Positions 1-14,019 are shown, counted from the first letter of the stretch. The stretch: 64,000 nt of DNA from Octopus vulgaris (GCA_951406725.2 OX597823.1:61008001-61072000); one strand, 5' to 3'. Program-made: numbers and translations. Notes: a model not told the origin generated them from the sequence alone.

Positions 1-74
1 TTACATGTATGTATGTGTGAGTATATTGTATGTATATGCATGTATGTATGTGTGTGTGTACATATAAATGTATG

Positions 75-107
<33 letters not shown>

Positions 108-699
108 ATATATGAATTTATTACAAAATTCCTTTCCAAACAAGTTAGATGCCAAAATATGTGCATATATGAAATTTTGATGATGTTTACATTAAATCTT
201 GGAATAATAATAGTGTGTGTGCATGTGTGTCCATCCGTCCATCTCCTTCTTCATCTTCTTCTTCTTTTCTTTCCTCTTCTTCTCTTTCCTCTTCTTCTCT
301 TTCCTCTTCTTTTCATTATTATTATTATTATTATTTAGTTTCATATTCTTTTGAAGATTTTAATGTTAAATGGAAGAACCTTGAGCTCAGTTTATATGGT
401 AGAGGGATGCATAATGTATGACCTACAATATTTTAGATTGGTGATCAGCTAATTTAATCTGTCTTTTTAACTTATCTCGTCTGATATCATTTAGAAGTTT
501 TGTTTTTTTTTATTTGCGAGAAAAAAACAGATTTTTTTTTAAGAGTATATTTCCATCTATGAAATAGAAGTGTTTGCCTTCAGGTAAACTATAAACTTCT
601 ATAAATATGTGTATATATGGATAGAAGTATACTCAAGTACATGTATATGCACTTTAAAAGGTATATTTTTCAATATTTTTTTATTGGGAATTAGGTTGC

Positions 700-817
700 A
701 TTATTATTATTATTATCATTATTACTATCTTCATCATCATCATCATCATTATTATTATTATCATTATTATTATTATCATTATTATTATTATTATTATTAT
801 TATCATTATTATTATTA

Positions 818-860
<43 letters not shown>
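700..860. repeat. (ATT)n/(CAT)n microsatellite
   Basis: Directly visible. Confidence 0.95.
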
Positions 861-3800
861 GTCATTACATAAATAAATAAACTTATTATTTGTAATTTCG
901 AGGAAATTTCATCACTACTAGTTAATATTTTGATTTTTCTCTTTTGTTTTCTTTCATTTCTTTAGGAGTTTCAGTTAAATTTAATTTTTATTAAAATCAT
1001 ATTTTAGTGTTTATTTTGGAAAAATTTGTTTTCCGTTCTCATCTTGCAAAATATTTCTCCAAAAATGGATTTGGTCAGTAGAAAAAAACTATTAAAAAGC
1101 AGGTTGTATTTCAAATCTTATATAAAAGAGAAAGCAAAAAAATACCTTGTTCTTGTATGTATTACATGATATTGTTTCTTTGGGTATTTTATCTAAATGA
1201 TCAGTTGTGATCAAAAGTAAAATTGGCATCGCTACCAATAGCTTTAATTTATGAACGCACTTCTTCAAATACTTTTATATGTCTATGATGCCATTAGATG
1301 AATCGTGTTATAAGATAGGAAAAATCAATCATTGTTGAGAACAAAGGTATCATTTCATCTGTCTAATGACTTCTACTGAGGTGAGAGTGAAATGTTAAAT
1401 TATGTCATAGTGTATCTGTCTGTCTTAGATCCCACTCAAAGTTCATTTTAAAATGTTATTATTCCATTCCGACATAGCTGAAATCTTTGAAAATTGTTTC
1501 TACTAAAATTTTACATTAAGAATTTCTCTATCAACAAAAAGTCAAAAAGCTTTCAACATTTTATCATCTCTTCAGAATGCTGATATCTTAAAGTAGTTTT
1601 CTAATTGTTTATTTGTCTGTTTTGTTTTGTTTTGTTTTTTTTGTGTGTGTGTGTGTGTGTGTTTTTTTTGTCTCTTCCAAAATCATTACATTATTTTTAC
1701 TTATCAGTTTTTATCTCATTAACTTGGTCTTTTGTTATTTTATTTGAGAATACATTAACTATCTGTATCAAGATGGAAACAAATGTCAAGATAAGATAAC
1801 ATCTATTTCTTTATTATTTGCATAATTGATTTTATAAACGATTTGCTAACACCTGATGATAAATGTTAACTGCAAATAGCTAGGCCCAGGTGAAGATCTA
1901 CATATAGCAAAAGAGAAGTAACGCTAGAACTATGAATGGAAATTTAAAGTGGATGCTCATGCTACATAGTTTTTAAACTTATTTACTTATTTTATGTATT
2001 TATTTTGTTTTAATAGCCTCCGTGTATATGGATTGTTTGTATCTCATTTTACATACTTATACAGTTTTCCAAGGTGCACTTCGCTGTTTTTGCTGACCAA
2101 CTTCAGATAGTTCTGCCACAGAAATACTATGGCTTTGAGGCAACTGCTCAAATATAGTTAGTTGTTCAACCAGTGTTCTTACTGTAGCCAGCTTGTATTT
2201 ATTGATGGATTGATGCTAGTCTTTGTAAAAACTCTAAGGCTTGATCACAAGGAATATGTTAAAAGACAGATAGCAGATACATCGAACAGGTGAAACAATA
2301 GCATAGTTTCTTGGTTGGCTCATTTCTAGTTTGCACTTCTCTGCTGCTGAGTGACCTTACTGCTTCATGTTTATTTACGTGAGACAGCCAAAGAAAAATA
2401 TAGATATTAATTTTTATGTTAAATATCTACAAAAAAAAAATTTTTTTGCAAGTCATGTTGCTTCAGTAAATTTGACAGATCTCAACTAATTTCAAATGTG
2501 ACATTCCTCAGCAAAAGATAGATTAGTATATAAAACTGCTTTCTGCAGTTAAGTGTAGTGAAATTTTGAGTGGATATATCTGATTTCCATAATAAAAGGG
2601 TTAAATTGATCAAAAATTAGTACAATTGGACTAGTTTACACTTCCAGGGGTAAATCTTACTGAAGCTGTTCAAACCTTTAATCAATCTGGAGAGATGCTG
2701 GTTGACACAATGAAAAGCAAGTATTTCCTCGGAAATACTTCTGTGAACAAAGGAGAAACAAAGTTATCATAACCCCAGTTGTTCTCCACTAAAAGTGTCC
2801 GTATAAACCCCCAAATGAATTAGCTTCCCTTTATATTTCACCACACCAGTGGTTGAAACAAGGATATTTCATTACTCATTTGTATATGTCTGCAAATGAA
2901 GATGGCATGTTTTATGATGCGGATGATTAGTTGCTGCTATTGCTGCTAAATAGGAAACCTTCTTGAAAAGTGTAATTTATTTATTTATTTGAAAATATTT
3001 ATTAAAACTCGCACTAAAAACTGATTTATTAATTAGCTTTGATATTCTAATTGATTCGAATAGTCAGCGATTTATAAAATGAAAATGCCTGATGTTCTGC
3101 TTTTGAAATACTTCCTTTGTTTATTGTTTTTACTCTGCTATATTTAATAAATTATTTTTCCTGGAAAGTTCTGTTTATTATTCTTGTGAAAGATATTCCA
3201 ATCAAGAAACCAGGTTTGCCTATCAGCTATAACGACTAATCTTTCAATGAAAGATTATTTTCTAAATATAGAAACTTTTGTTCATGGATTATTGAAATTC
3301 CATGATTTTATTAATGACATACAATTATTACCATATTCATCTTGCTGGTTTAATGCTGTTGGGTTTTTAGTTTTATTATTGCTGTATTTGTTGTTATTCA
3401 TTTATTTATTTATTTTGATTTATTTAACACATTATTGTATTAATTTTAAATTGATATTCTCTTGTAAACTTTAAAGGAATTCTTGTAATCTCTCTCTTTC
3501 TCTCTCAATGACATTCTGAATATTTCTTGACTATCAAACTCATTTTAAATGTATAAATCAAATTTTTATTCTTCATTTCCTGCATTCATATTTCGTGTAT
3601 GTTTGAATACTTTTTCTTTAATAAACAATAGTTTGGCTGAATTTAGCAATCCTAATTTTAGTGTTTAGCAATTTCTTCACTTAATATACAGCATTTGAAA
3701 AATGTGTGTGTGTAATTATAAGCGTAAAGCTCTAATGGAATGGAAAATGCATCCTACTTTTAACAATAAAGGCTATAGACTGTAAATCTAAGATGTTCTA

Positions 3801-4289
3801 CATCATTACTCATGAGTGTTTTGTTGTTTCACCCCAAGGCACTCCTGATGGGTCTATCAAATGCATTTGAACTGTGACCATCTTTTTAGGGGTTCTCTAG
3901 GATTATGTTATCTGTGTCCATTTCCTTTTTTTAACATTCTAGCATGTGCTTTAAAGGAAACTTGGTTGCTATTTCTTGCAAGTTGAGTGATAACATACAA
4001 GCTACCATATGGTTCAGCTGGGTGGCTTACATCTGAGTAGGTCTAATCGGAAAAACATGAGCGTCATATATCAGTATATGTTATGGATAGACTACACACC
4101 ATTTAAGGAATTAGTAATGTAGCTGTATGCTTAATGGTCCAATACTTGCAAAAGGCAAATATTGAAAGCTTGAGATACAAAATGTAAGTCCAATTAAAAT
4201 GCGTATATATATATATATATATATATATAATGCTGAAGTTGTCTGTGTGTGGTAGGTTTGGTAGCCTTCAATTAACACTATCTCCTCCA

Positions 4290-4607
4290 AGACCCTGCAG
4301 TGCAAGTTGACCAAAATTGAGAGTATGATAGAAGGTTTGCTCTTCCTTCTGTAGAAGAAAAAATTCAAATTGGACCATGTTAACACGAAAAATTATTTAC
4401 ATCAAAAAGGTGCTTTTTTTCTATGAAAATCCCTATTTTTTACGATTTTTTTTTACTGCTGTGTCGCCATTTTTCGGTGTATTTCAACCAGAAAAATGTT
4501 CACTTAAAGAGAATAACAAGCTACATAATGCAAAATTTTTACTTTCCAAAAATTCCAATTCTAAAGGATGAAAACAAACCTGAGCAATGCCGGGCGATAC
4601 TGCTAGT
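4290..4607 (+). mobile_element. Non-autonomous Helitron-like fragment (3' end)
   Basis: A CpG-containing block ends in a small GC-rich hairpin cctgagcaatgccggg, then cgatactgCTAG-T, the Helitron 3' hairpin-CTRR signature. The 5' boundary is approximate. Confidence 0.55.
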
Positions 4608-4626
4608 ATATATATATATATATAAC

Positions 4627-4898
4627 TGGCACTCTATCAGTTACAACAAGGCTTCTAGTTGATCTGACCAATTGAACAGCCTACTCATGAAATTAACTTG
4701 CAAGGTGCTGAGACATGTGCACCATTAACATTAGTTCTCAGGGAGATTCAGCATGACACAGAATGAATTGCCGGTACAATTCATATTTGCCAGCTAAGTG
4801 GACTGGACCAACATGAAATAAAGTGTCTTGCTCATATGCAGGCCTCTGGGAATCAAGCACATGGCCTTATCACTCTAACCACTAAGCCATGCCTTCAC
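4627..4898 (-). mobile_element. SINE, family B-related (diverged)
   Basis: Shares ..gttgatc..aacagcct.ctc.tgaaattaac..agggagattcagc.tgacacaga with 57395-57545 and ends in a reverse tRNA head ctaaccactaagccatg. Confidence 0.75.
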
Positions 4899-5842
4899 AA
4901 GATATATATAAATTTGGGGCAGTGGGATATTCCTTTAGTTTGGCATTTATAGTCAATTAAAGTGAAGATGTAGATCACTGCTTTACATATAGCAATGTAC
5001 AAGGTTCTTTATTATTAGTTAAGATAAAGATTGCCCAAGGTACACTGATTTGACTAGTTGGAGCTGGAATCTGTGTTAATCACAACTTTAGCCACACTCT
5101 GACTCTGAAGACATCCTAACTGTGATCCTGGAGTTGAAACAAGCATTACTGTGGGCCAGATCCTGCCTGATGTCTGTCTGACATACTTGATATTAAAAGT
5201 AACGCAACCTCTTTCTCTCTCATGTGTGTGTGTCCATTTATAGGCACACACACACACACACATGATATATCAATTATTTCCAATATATTTTTATTATTCT
5301 TTAGACCCATGACTACCTTCATAGAATAGACCTCATCTTCAAAGACATTCCACTCACAAACATTCTTGTCTTGTCAGAGACTGCTTTGTCCGTTGTGTTT
5401 TCCTTTTTTTCTTATATTTTAAGACTTTATGGCATAATCTGAAATAGATTTGGTTATTATTTCTAGCAGGCCGGTAATCATATTTGGGCCATCAATGTGG
5501 CATCCATATTGCTATCTATAAAGAAATTAGATTCACTCCTCACTTTCATTTCCAAATCACTTGCACAGTTGCAGGGGTCAGCTGTTGAGGTGTTTCACTG
5601 GAAACCTATAATTTGTCATTGAAATAATGTTTTTATGTGATCATATCATTAGTCTAACAGTTTATGCTGAATGCTATTGTTAAGAGTAACATTTTATGTA
5701 TGCAAGAGAATAAACACAATATTGTTATATTTGACAACACATTCTATCACACAGTTAAACTGAATCTCTAAGCTAAATATTTATATTTTCTTCAGCTAAC
5801 TGTTTATTTTCATAGATATTAATTTTTGGGGTTTGTTTTTGT

Positions 5843-6150
5843 GAAGGCACTTGGTCTAGTTTCATGATGTTTGGCTCATGGTCATGAATCCGTGGTTTCA
5901 GTTCCTAGTCATGGAAGCACTTTGCGTCTTTCTTCATGGCACTTTCATGTTGTTCTATTGTACTCAGCTATGAATGATTGTCAGTTGGGTACTACTGTAG
6001 CTCTATCTCTCTGTAGCTGTTCTATCTAAGATGTGCCACTTGGTCATGGGTAATGTCTGCGCATTAAAACAAGTGGCATAAGCATGCTACATGTTACCAA
6101 GTCATAGTTGCTTGCAAGTGCCAGCTGGCTGAACTGTATTAATAATCTTC
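5843..6150 (+). mobile_element. SINE, family B-related (highly diverged)
   Basis: gtgaaggcacttggtctagt... head and actttcatgttgttctattgtactcagct core. Confidence 0.55.
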
Positions 6151-7151
6151 ATATAGATTCTGTGTGTATGCTAAGCTTTTATATTCATTAAATAAAATTG
6201 GTTGTGAGGTGCTGAATAATGTACATTAAAAAAAACCTTTCAGTTAATGGAAGTACCTCTCTCCAATGGAAAAGGAAAACAACCTGTCAGTAATTGTGAC
6301 TCTCAGACGCAAGGAAAGATGATTTCAAGACAAATTAATTTTACTAAATAAATTAACATACTTAGGGCAAAATCTTATCTCTGTTAGCAGGATTTATTGG
6401 CCCTTGACAGTGTGCTAGTTCTACTCAAACTTGTTTTGATATAGCTTTTACAAATAGAAAAAGAGTTACAAGAGATTTAAGTGAGATACAATTTGCATAA
6501 ATTGAAAAATAAAAGTAAGCTGTGAGAGATAAATAATTCAAGTAGGCTAATGGCAAGAATTTAGATAAGTTAAGGTCATATGTACTGAATGATGAATAGA
6601 AAACATTCTCACTTAATTGAAATTTACCTTTCAGTTGGAGAAAGAAAACAAAAGCCTAGTGGTAGTTGTTAATGACTAGCAAAAAAAAAAAGGGTGAGAT
6701 AATTGTAAATTAAATTATGCAAATGTAATTAATTTACAAGCTTAAGGGAAAATATTTTTTTATATATCCCTTGTTTCAACAAACTTTGTCAAGTGTGTGA
6801 ACCCAAATGATCATTGATGAAATTTCTTCATCTACTTCTCCTCCTTCCCAGTGAGTTTTCCGAAAGTAATAAAATACACCTAACATTTCACATTGATTTC
6901 AATGATCTACGTCCACTAGTCTGTATTAGTTCCATCCATTTCCGAGTAGAGTTTTTCAGCAGATAACAAAACAAAAACCTGCTGCACAAGACAGCTTTAC
7001 AACAAATATCTCAAATCTTATCTCTCAACTACACAATATTCCGAATATATATCTTTTATTATTATTATTTTTAGTTTTCCTTTATCTATAGGAAATAAAT
7101 TTTTATTATACAAATTTAAAAAGTACAGTCGTTATTGACTTGACCGTATTA

Positions 7152-7189
<38 letters not shown>

Positions 7190-8489
7190 GGTTTTATCAA
7201 TGTACTATTCACTTTTTAACTCTTTAGCAGTATATCATTTATATGTTTACAATTTTAAAGCCATTAAAAAATACTTTTGTATCATTTCAATTGTATTTAC
7301 ATCCAATTTCTGAACATTTATTGTTCATTGCTTTTCATTTTATTTTGTTTTTATTTTATTTTTATTTTTATTTTATTTTCAAAACATTGGAACAAACACA
7401 TGAAATCTATTTTGTTAAGAGAATTGTTTTATTTATATTTACAATTACTGAATGTAACATATTAGAAACTCTGCACCTATTTACTGTCTGGTCTGCTTTG
7501 TTTTGTATGGACAATTTATTTGCGCTGGTAATAAATATTTTGTGAAATGTGTCTATGTTGTATTTACTGATTCTGTATTTTTCATGATTAGCAATCTACT
7601 CTATATTACATCTTTCTTACTTATAGATCTGGTTATCAGACTTGAAAAGCATTGTAAATTACTCTTAGATAAATCAAAACACTTATAGACACAAGGAAGT
7701 GACTTATCAGCATCAAACAGACAGAACATATATTACCACTGTATAGAACTTAGAAGGCTACACTTCATTCGCCTTTTTATTATTCCTGCCATTGTTTTAA
7801 ATAGTAAATTTAGTCATTAATATATATTATAAATAATCCAATATATTATGTATTAAACAAAAGCAATATTGTGTGTATATTCATTGAAACCCAAAAAAAA
7901 GTATTTGTAATTGCAGTTATTTATATAAATTTTGCTTATTCGAGTGTTCGCTTTTAGATATCGTGTGTGTAGTTTGTTATTATACTAAATGCAAAATTGA
8001 ACCTGAACAAAGAAATATTATTAAGAGAGTTCATCTTATCAGTAACATTCTTTACTAATAATCTCTATTACTGTATTCTTTTAAACTTTATTCTTTATTA
8101 AACCTTTATGAACCTTATTTATGATGGTATTCTCTTTCTATGTACTTCAGTTAATTTCATAAATAATCAAGAGTTTTAAAGAGATCTTTCTAAAGTTAGT
8201 GAATTAGACTCATGCTTTTCATCTTGAACTTTCCTGTTGTCAGGTTAAGTTTTGAAAAATATTGACTTTAAACAGCGAAGATAACAATTTTGTATTGTTA
8301 TGAATCTTGGTAGCTATTTCCTAAAAACAACTGAACAAAGCTAATTCTCCACAATGTCTTATATCGGAGTACTTCACATTGCACGTCAGAAACGATGTAC
8401 CCACCTAGCTCATAAACAAATAAATCTGTTCACCTTGTCTACAAGTTTTGCTTGCTTAACCCTCTACTTAGCAATGTAAACACACTTGC

Positions 8490-8905
8490 AACTGAATGGT
8501 TAAGTAGTTCATTTTGCAATCTTCAAATTCCAGGTTTGGTACCACTATATATAGCAAACTGGTTTAGTATCTTTTACTATAGTCTAAGGTCAACCCAAGC
8601 CTTATGAGTGAAATTATGCCATTTTTTTAAACCCCGCTATAAGTGCAGGAATGGCTTTGTGGTTAAAAGATCAGTTTGCAACCTCATTGCCACTCACAAT
8701 GCATTGTGAATGACTTTAATAGATGGAAACTGTGTGGAATCCTATCATGTGTGTGTGTCTTTGTGCCTGTGTTTGTATCCTAATATTGTGGTGTTGGTTT
8801 GTTTATGTTCCACAGTTGATTTCATTTGACAAACTCCCTTCAAGATGGTATCGCCAGCATGGGCACTGTCCAATGACTGAAACATGTAAAAGATAAAAGA
8901 AAAGA
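8490..8905 (+). mobile_element. SINE family A pieces (two heads, one tail)
   Basis: Diverged heads at about 8495 and 8643; tail tccaatgactgaaacatgtaaaagataaaaga. Confidence 0.65.
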
Positions 8906-9334
8906 ATAAAAGATAAAAACCTCTCAGATTGTACATGTAATTCAAAAATCCAGCCTTGTCATTGTGTGTGTGTGTGTGGTGCTGATTTTTGCCTGAGAAG
9001 TATGTTTAGAATATACAGGTGTCTGTGGAATACTTCACCTCATACATATGATTTTATTGAGTTTATATAGTGCAGTCGATTCTGTTTTACTGGCACCTTC
9101 TTTTCTCTCTATTTCTTCCTTCACTGTAGCAATACATTCTGCTCTTCCGAATTGAGGATTCTCTACAAACAACCCCACCAATTTACTCTGTGCCTTTTTC
9201 TTTTATCTTTCTCTCCCTCTCCCCTCTTTCTTTTTCTATCTCACTCTCTCCGTCTCCTTCCCCCCTTTCTCTCTCTCTCTCCCTCTGTGTCTCTGTCTCT
9301 CTCGTCTTTTAATTTATTCCCAGACTTTATATTA

Positions 9335-9858
9335 GTAACCCTTTAACATTTAAAGCACCGGCCATATCAGGCCCAAATATTCTACATGTTTTATGTTTAA
9401 ACAGGACAGATCTGACATCTCGCACCTACCCTACAATGTCATTCATCATCATTATCATCGTTTAATGTCCATTTTCCATGCTGGCATGGGTTGGAAGGTT
9501 TGACTGAGAACTGGTAAGTCAGTAGGCTGCACCAGGCTCCAATCTGATCTGGCAAGGTTTCTACAGCTGGATGCCCTTCCTAACCCCAACCACTCCGAGA
9601 GTGTAGTGGGTGTTTTTTATGTGCCACCAGCATGGGAGCCACTCATGTGGCACTGGCATCGACTACGTTCAGATGGTGCTTTTTATGTGCCACCGGCACA
9701 GGAGGCCAGTCGGTGGGGAACTGGCATTGATCATTTTAGAAAATAAATAATCACATCATTGAAATCTGAAAGCTACAAGATAACGCACAATTAATTTAAA
9801 ACGATGTGAATAAATGACCATTACATTTGATAAAGTAATCTGGATGCTAAAGCGTTAA
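9335..9858 (+). mobile_element. piggyBac-type (TTAA, CCC..GGG) MITE with a nested RTE-tail repeat at about 9444-9735
   Basis: taaccctttaacattt...ccggccatatc...atgctaaagcgTTAA; homologous to 43529-43755 once the insert is removed. Confidence 0.75.
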
Positions 9859-10409
9859 ACTGTTTTCTATTTACCAGATCTGCATCCACACGAAGCTTCT
9901 CTCTTTTCATACATTTTTCATTAATAATTCCTCATCTTGCAACAATAACAACAGCAACAACAACAACGACCTTAACCACTTATTGTATCAGATGACCTAG
10001 AAGTGCTAAAAATAGCTTTTCCCTCCCGGCTAATAAATAAGCATGATAAAAAAAAACAAAATCAAAAGCAGAACAAAAAAAATAGAGAAAGTAAAAACAA
10101 TAAACTGAATTTTGGTCCAATTACCTATATATAAACGAGACTGTAATTTAAATACATTTTATATTATTATAAAAGTTAATAAAGATATTATTAATGTTCC
10201 TCATTTTATGTACACACACATACACACATTTTAAATATTTAAAATACAAAACTGTTTCCTTTTCTTCTTCTAAATTGTTGGAAAATATATGAAGTGTAGA
10301 AAAAGGTATAACAACTTTTCTTTGATCAGATATTAATGGTAACACATGCAGCAATTAATAAGTGTTCCATAAATACAAATATTCATGAAAAACTTTATTA
10401 TTATTATTA

Positions 10410-10446
<37 letters not shown>

Positions 10447-11027
10447 TATTAATTTTTTTTTTATTTGTTATTTGTGTTCCATTTTTATTTAATTTTGTTC
10501 CCACCAATATTATATTATTTTAATTATTTTAATGTTGACAACTGAAAGTGATTTAAAGCCTCAGAAATTATTTGATAAATTTCTTTCTTTAATCACTTCC
10601 CCACCCCATTCCTCACTCCCCCACATCCATCATCAGTGATCAATGATCGATGTGAGTGAGTACAGTATTTCAGATTGGCTGACAGATTATCGTCTTCAGC
10701 CATGTGAAAGGGCATGAATAGCTTCAAGGAGTTTCCATGCCTTTGATCTGTTGTCAGTAAGAGCCAGTTATTATAGATGGGCCGCTAGTTTGGCAACTTG
10801 AAAAGAGTGCAGCTCAACCAAGATTGAAGACATTTTATGGGTGTATGAATCTAGAAAGGAATAGCCACCATAAATGATTCTCCCAAACGATGTTTGATCA
10901 CAACTTTTGTACTGAAAAGCTTATAAAAGGTGTTATAATTTTATAGAAAAATCAATAAACTTTTATTTTATATACTATCTGACTGTTGAGAAATGAGAAA
11001 AGGAAATCAAGACCATGTTCACTCATA

Positions 11028-11067
<40 letters not shown>

Positions 11068-11400
11068 CAGAGGGGCATGGGTTGTATGTCTCTTCTCATA
11101 TTGATTTTGTTTGAAAAGGCACAAGACAATTTTAGTGGGAGGGCTTAGTTGTCATAATCAGCCTTAGTTTTATGAGATGCCCCTGGGGAGAAGCAAATCA
11201 ATGTTGGATTTGGTGATATGTGAACTCAGAACTAATATGACCAAAGAGAAATCTAAATGTGAAATATTTTTATGAAGTGTTTTGTAGAATTTTGCTGTTC
11301 CCTATTTACTTTTTTTTTTCTTTTTTTTTTCTTACTATTCGAAAGAGCTTTATTGTTTTTTAATAACAAAGTTACTTCTTTGTGTTTTGAAATCTGTATC

Positions 11401-12279
11401 TACAAGGTGGTATCAAAAAGTTCTGGGACTAGTTATGTTTAATAGAAAATAATTTATCTAATTTTTGAAATCATCTCCTTTGAAACAGTCACCTTGCACA
11501 GCAATACACTGATTCCCAGCATTCCTGCCACTTTTGGAACCTGCCCTGGAAGCCATTGCAATTTCTCTGAATCTCAGCAATGATGTTAAATGCTGACTTT
11601 GAGCTGCATTTACATTGTGGAGAAGAGCTGGAAGTCCACAGGAGTTAAATCTGGTAAATAGGGTGGATGCAAAAGTTAAATTATGTTGTTTCTGGTGAGA
11701 AACTCGCAAGTGAAGCGAGCTTGGTGACAGGGTGCATTGTTATAAAGAATCCAATTCATGCTCCACAGATCCGGTCACTTTTGCTGAATGTCTTCTTGCA
11801 AATGCTTCAAAATATCGCAGTAGAACAATCAATTGATGGTCTAGTCCTGGGGGATGAATTCTCAATACACAATACTACATTTCTGGGGTTGACGCTCATG
11901 GCAGGTCTTCCAGATTACTGATTGTCTTCCAAGGACATTCTGTTTTTGAAGCGCCCATGCCACCTGAAACATTGCATACAACTCATTGCCATAAGCTTGC
12001 TGAAGCATGCTCCATGTCTCTTCTCTGTAGCAGACTTGTGAGGTTTAATGCAAAATTTCATGTTGGCTCTTTGTACCTGTCCATGAGAAAATCACACACT
12101 ACAGCATACATGTGATCACAAAAGCACAAATTTCACAACTTGCGAAATAAAACAGTGATGTCACTTGGCACGCTGCCTCATGAAGGTCACTGTTGGCCTT
12201 CGCTGCACGTGCAACTGTGTGCTGCCATTTGTTAGTGTGCTACAGAACTTGTCCAGGAACTTTTTGATACTACTTCATA
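11401..12279 (-). mobile_element. Mariner DNA transposon, internally deleted non-autonomous copy
   Basis: About 30-bp imperfect TIRs (TAcaaggtggtatcaaaaagttctgggactagtt / aacttgtccaggaactttttgatactacttcaTA). The minus strand gives broken transposase: QRANMKFCIK..MLQQAYG..FRWHGRFK..SGRP, then HPPYLPDLTPVDFQLF (YSPDLAP motif) and CIAVQGDCFKGD. Confidence 0.9.
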
Positions 12280-12382
12280 TGTTTTTATACATAAGTTTAG
12301 ATGTCACAATAATTAAGCTATGTTTCCCCTGTTCAGTCTCACATTAATCTTCAAACCAATTTCTGAAAAACGAAATGTCTTA

Positions 12383-12601
12383 TTTGTCACTATAACATGA
12401 CTGTTCTATAAAGAACTATGTTACTGCATTTTTAACCCCAGGAAACCATCTTTTCCAGCTGGTTAACGACACACAATTCGATATATTGTGAGTAAGGGAA
12501 CAAATCATTCCCCTCCAGTTTGGCAAGACCAGTAGACCTTTTCTTGGGGTTAAAATGTAGTAATGTATTTCTTTGTAGAACAGCCATGTTATAGTGGCAA
12601 A
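12383..12601. mobile_element. MITE of about 220 bp with about 65-bp TIRs (related to 41467-41687)
   Basis: tttgtcactataacatgactgttctataaagaa..ttactgcatttttaaccccaggaaa pairs with tttcttggggttaaaatgtagtaa..ttctttgtagaacagccatgttatagtggcaaa. Confidence 0.8.
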
Positions 12602-12694
12602 ATCACATTGACCATCTAGTATTGTTACTACTTAAATCTCATTTACAGATTTAAGAACTAGTGACTTTTCTCGTTAAAATAAAATTCCAGAAAG

Positions 12695-12841
12695 TGTACA
12701 CATGACTGTGTGGTAAGAAGTGTACTTATCAACCACATGGTTCTGGGTTCAGTCCTACTGCGTAGCATTTTGGGCAAGTGTATTCTATCATAGCCCCAGG
12801 CCAACTAAAGCCGTGTCAGTGAATTTGGTTGATAGAAGCTC

Positions 12842-12892
<51 letters not shown>
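12695..12892 (+). mobile_element. SINE family A 5' half ending in (TG)n
   Basis: tgtgtggtaagaag..aaccacatggttctgggttcagtcctactgcg. Confidence 0.75.
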
Positions 12893-12893
<1 letters not shown>

Positions 12894-13475
12894 GGATTAC
12901 CTTCAGAATTTTGTGTCAGCATATATTTTCAGATATATCAGTTTCACTCTTATTTTATACGTTTTTCTGTATTTAAATGTGCTGGCACTGTAGAAATGAT
13001 CATTGGTAATGAATGGTGTAATCAATTAAAGATGTGATTCTCTCCATCCTATCCTTGTTCTTGTTATATGCAGATATGTATGTATGTTTTTAGAACTTGG
13101 TGTGAAAGCTCTTAAATGCTATAAATAATGTGTATGTGTGTTTGTCCCCTCCTCCACTGAAACAAGTAAGTCAATTTTCATATGGTATTACACACTCCAC
13201 AAGCATCACAGCAATTTCTCCTTAATGAAGTATTCTTTAAAAACAAATGCTAAGTAATCAGTGCTGGAATTTCCCTTTGTTTTCAAATGATTATTACATG
13301 TCATAAAGAACAATTGTCTTAACAAAGATTGTAGCATGTACAAGCTGCATCTAAGTGTTTTTATTCAGCAAGGCTATATATATATATATATATGTATATA
13401 TAGCCTTGGATCAGTGGCAAATATGAATATGTAGATTCAATCTCCACTGGAATTCTATGTCATGTAACCATAATA

Positions 13476-13863
13476 TATTGGGTCATCCCATAAATAATGC
13501 AGTTTTTTTTATACGTCTTATTTTTGAAAATTAAGATAAACAAAGTTCTTTTTTAAATTTAGAATATACTCTCATTCATTTTCTACAATGCTCTTCCATC
13601 TATCTGGTAAACTTGCAAGGCCCCTCTTCCAAAATTCACTTCTTCGTGACAAAAAACACTCCTCCAGTACTGTTCCGACCTCACCTACAGAATTCATATT
13701 TTTTCTGTCCAAATGATTTTGAAGACTGCAGGATAAATGATAATCAGATGGGACAATGTCTGGCGAATATGGTGGGTGGGGTATCGTTTCCCACTCAAAC
13801 TGCTCCAACCTTTGGAGTGTCGTCCTTGCTGTATGTGGCCAAGCATTATTCTGATGGAAGAAT
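13476..13863 (-). mobile_element. Mariner transposon 3' fragment (second family)
   Basis: Minus-strand peptide FHQNNAWPHTA...WETIPHPPYSPDIVPSDYHL..SLQNHL...FWKRGLASLPDRW, and one TIR-like end TAttgggtcatcccataaataatgc. Confidence 0.9.
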
Positions 13864-13880
13864 GAGTATATTGATATTTT

Positions 13881-14019
13881 TACTAATATTTAGTGGAAGC
13901 AACAGAGTGACTCAAGGTCCGATGGTTTCATGTGTTGGCACTTATCAAACTTAATAAGTGCCAATGCACAAAGCCCTTGGACCTTGAGTCGCTCTGGTGC
14001 TTCTGCTAAACATTAATAA
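13881..14019. mobile_element. Palindromic foldback element of about 135 bp (MITE-like)
   Basis: tttagtggaagcaacagagtgactcaaggtcc pairs with ggaccttgagtcgctctggtgcttctgctaaa; the inner stem is ttggcacttat/ataagtgccaa with an 8-nt loop. Confidence 0.75.

Noticed and set aside
930-970. Strong pyrimidine tract plus AG at 964-965 (similar sites at about 7091 and 39656)
   Set aside because: Followed by AT-rich, stop-filled sequence with no convincing paired donor; cannot be told from chance on a T-rich strand without RNA data.
2648-2772. Short open frame after cttccAG (GVNLTEAVQTFNQSGEMLVDTMKSKYFLG...*) with a 10-bp hairpin aagtatttcc/ggaaatactt
   Set aside because: About 40 codons is expected by chance; weak acceptor; no recognisable homology.
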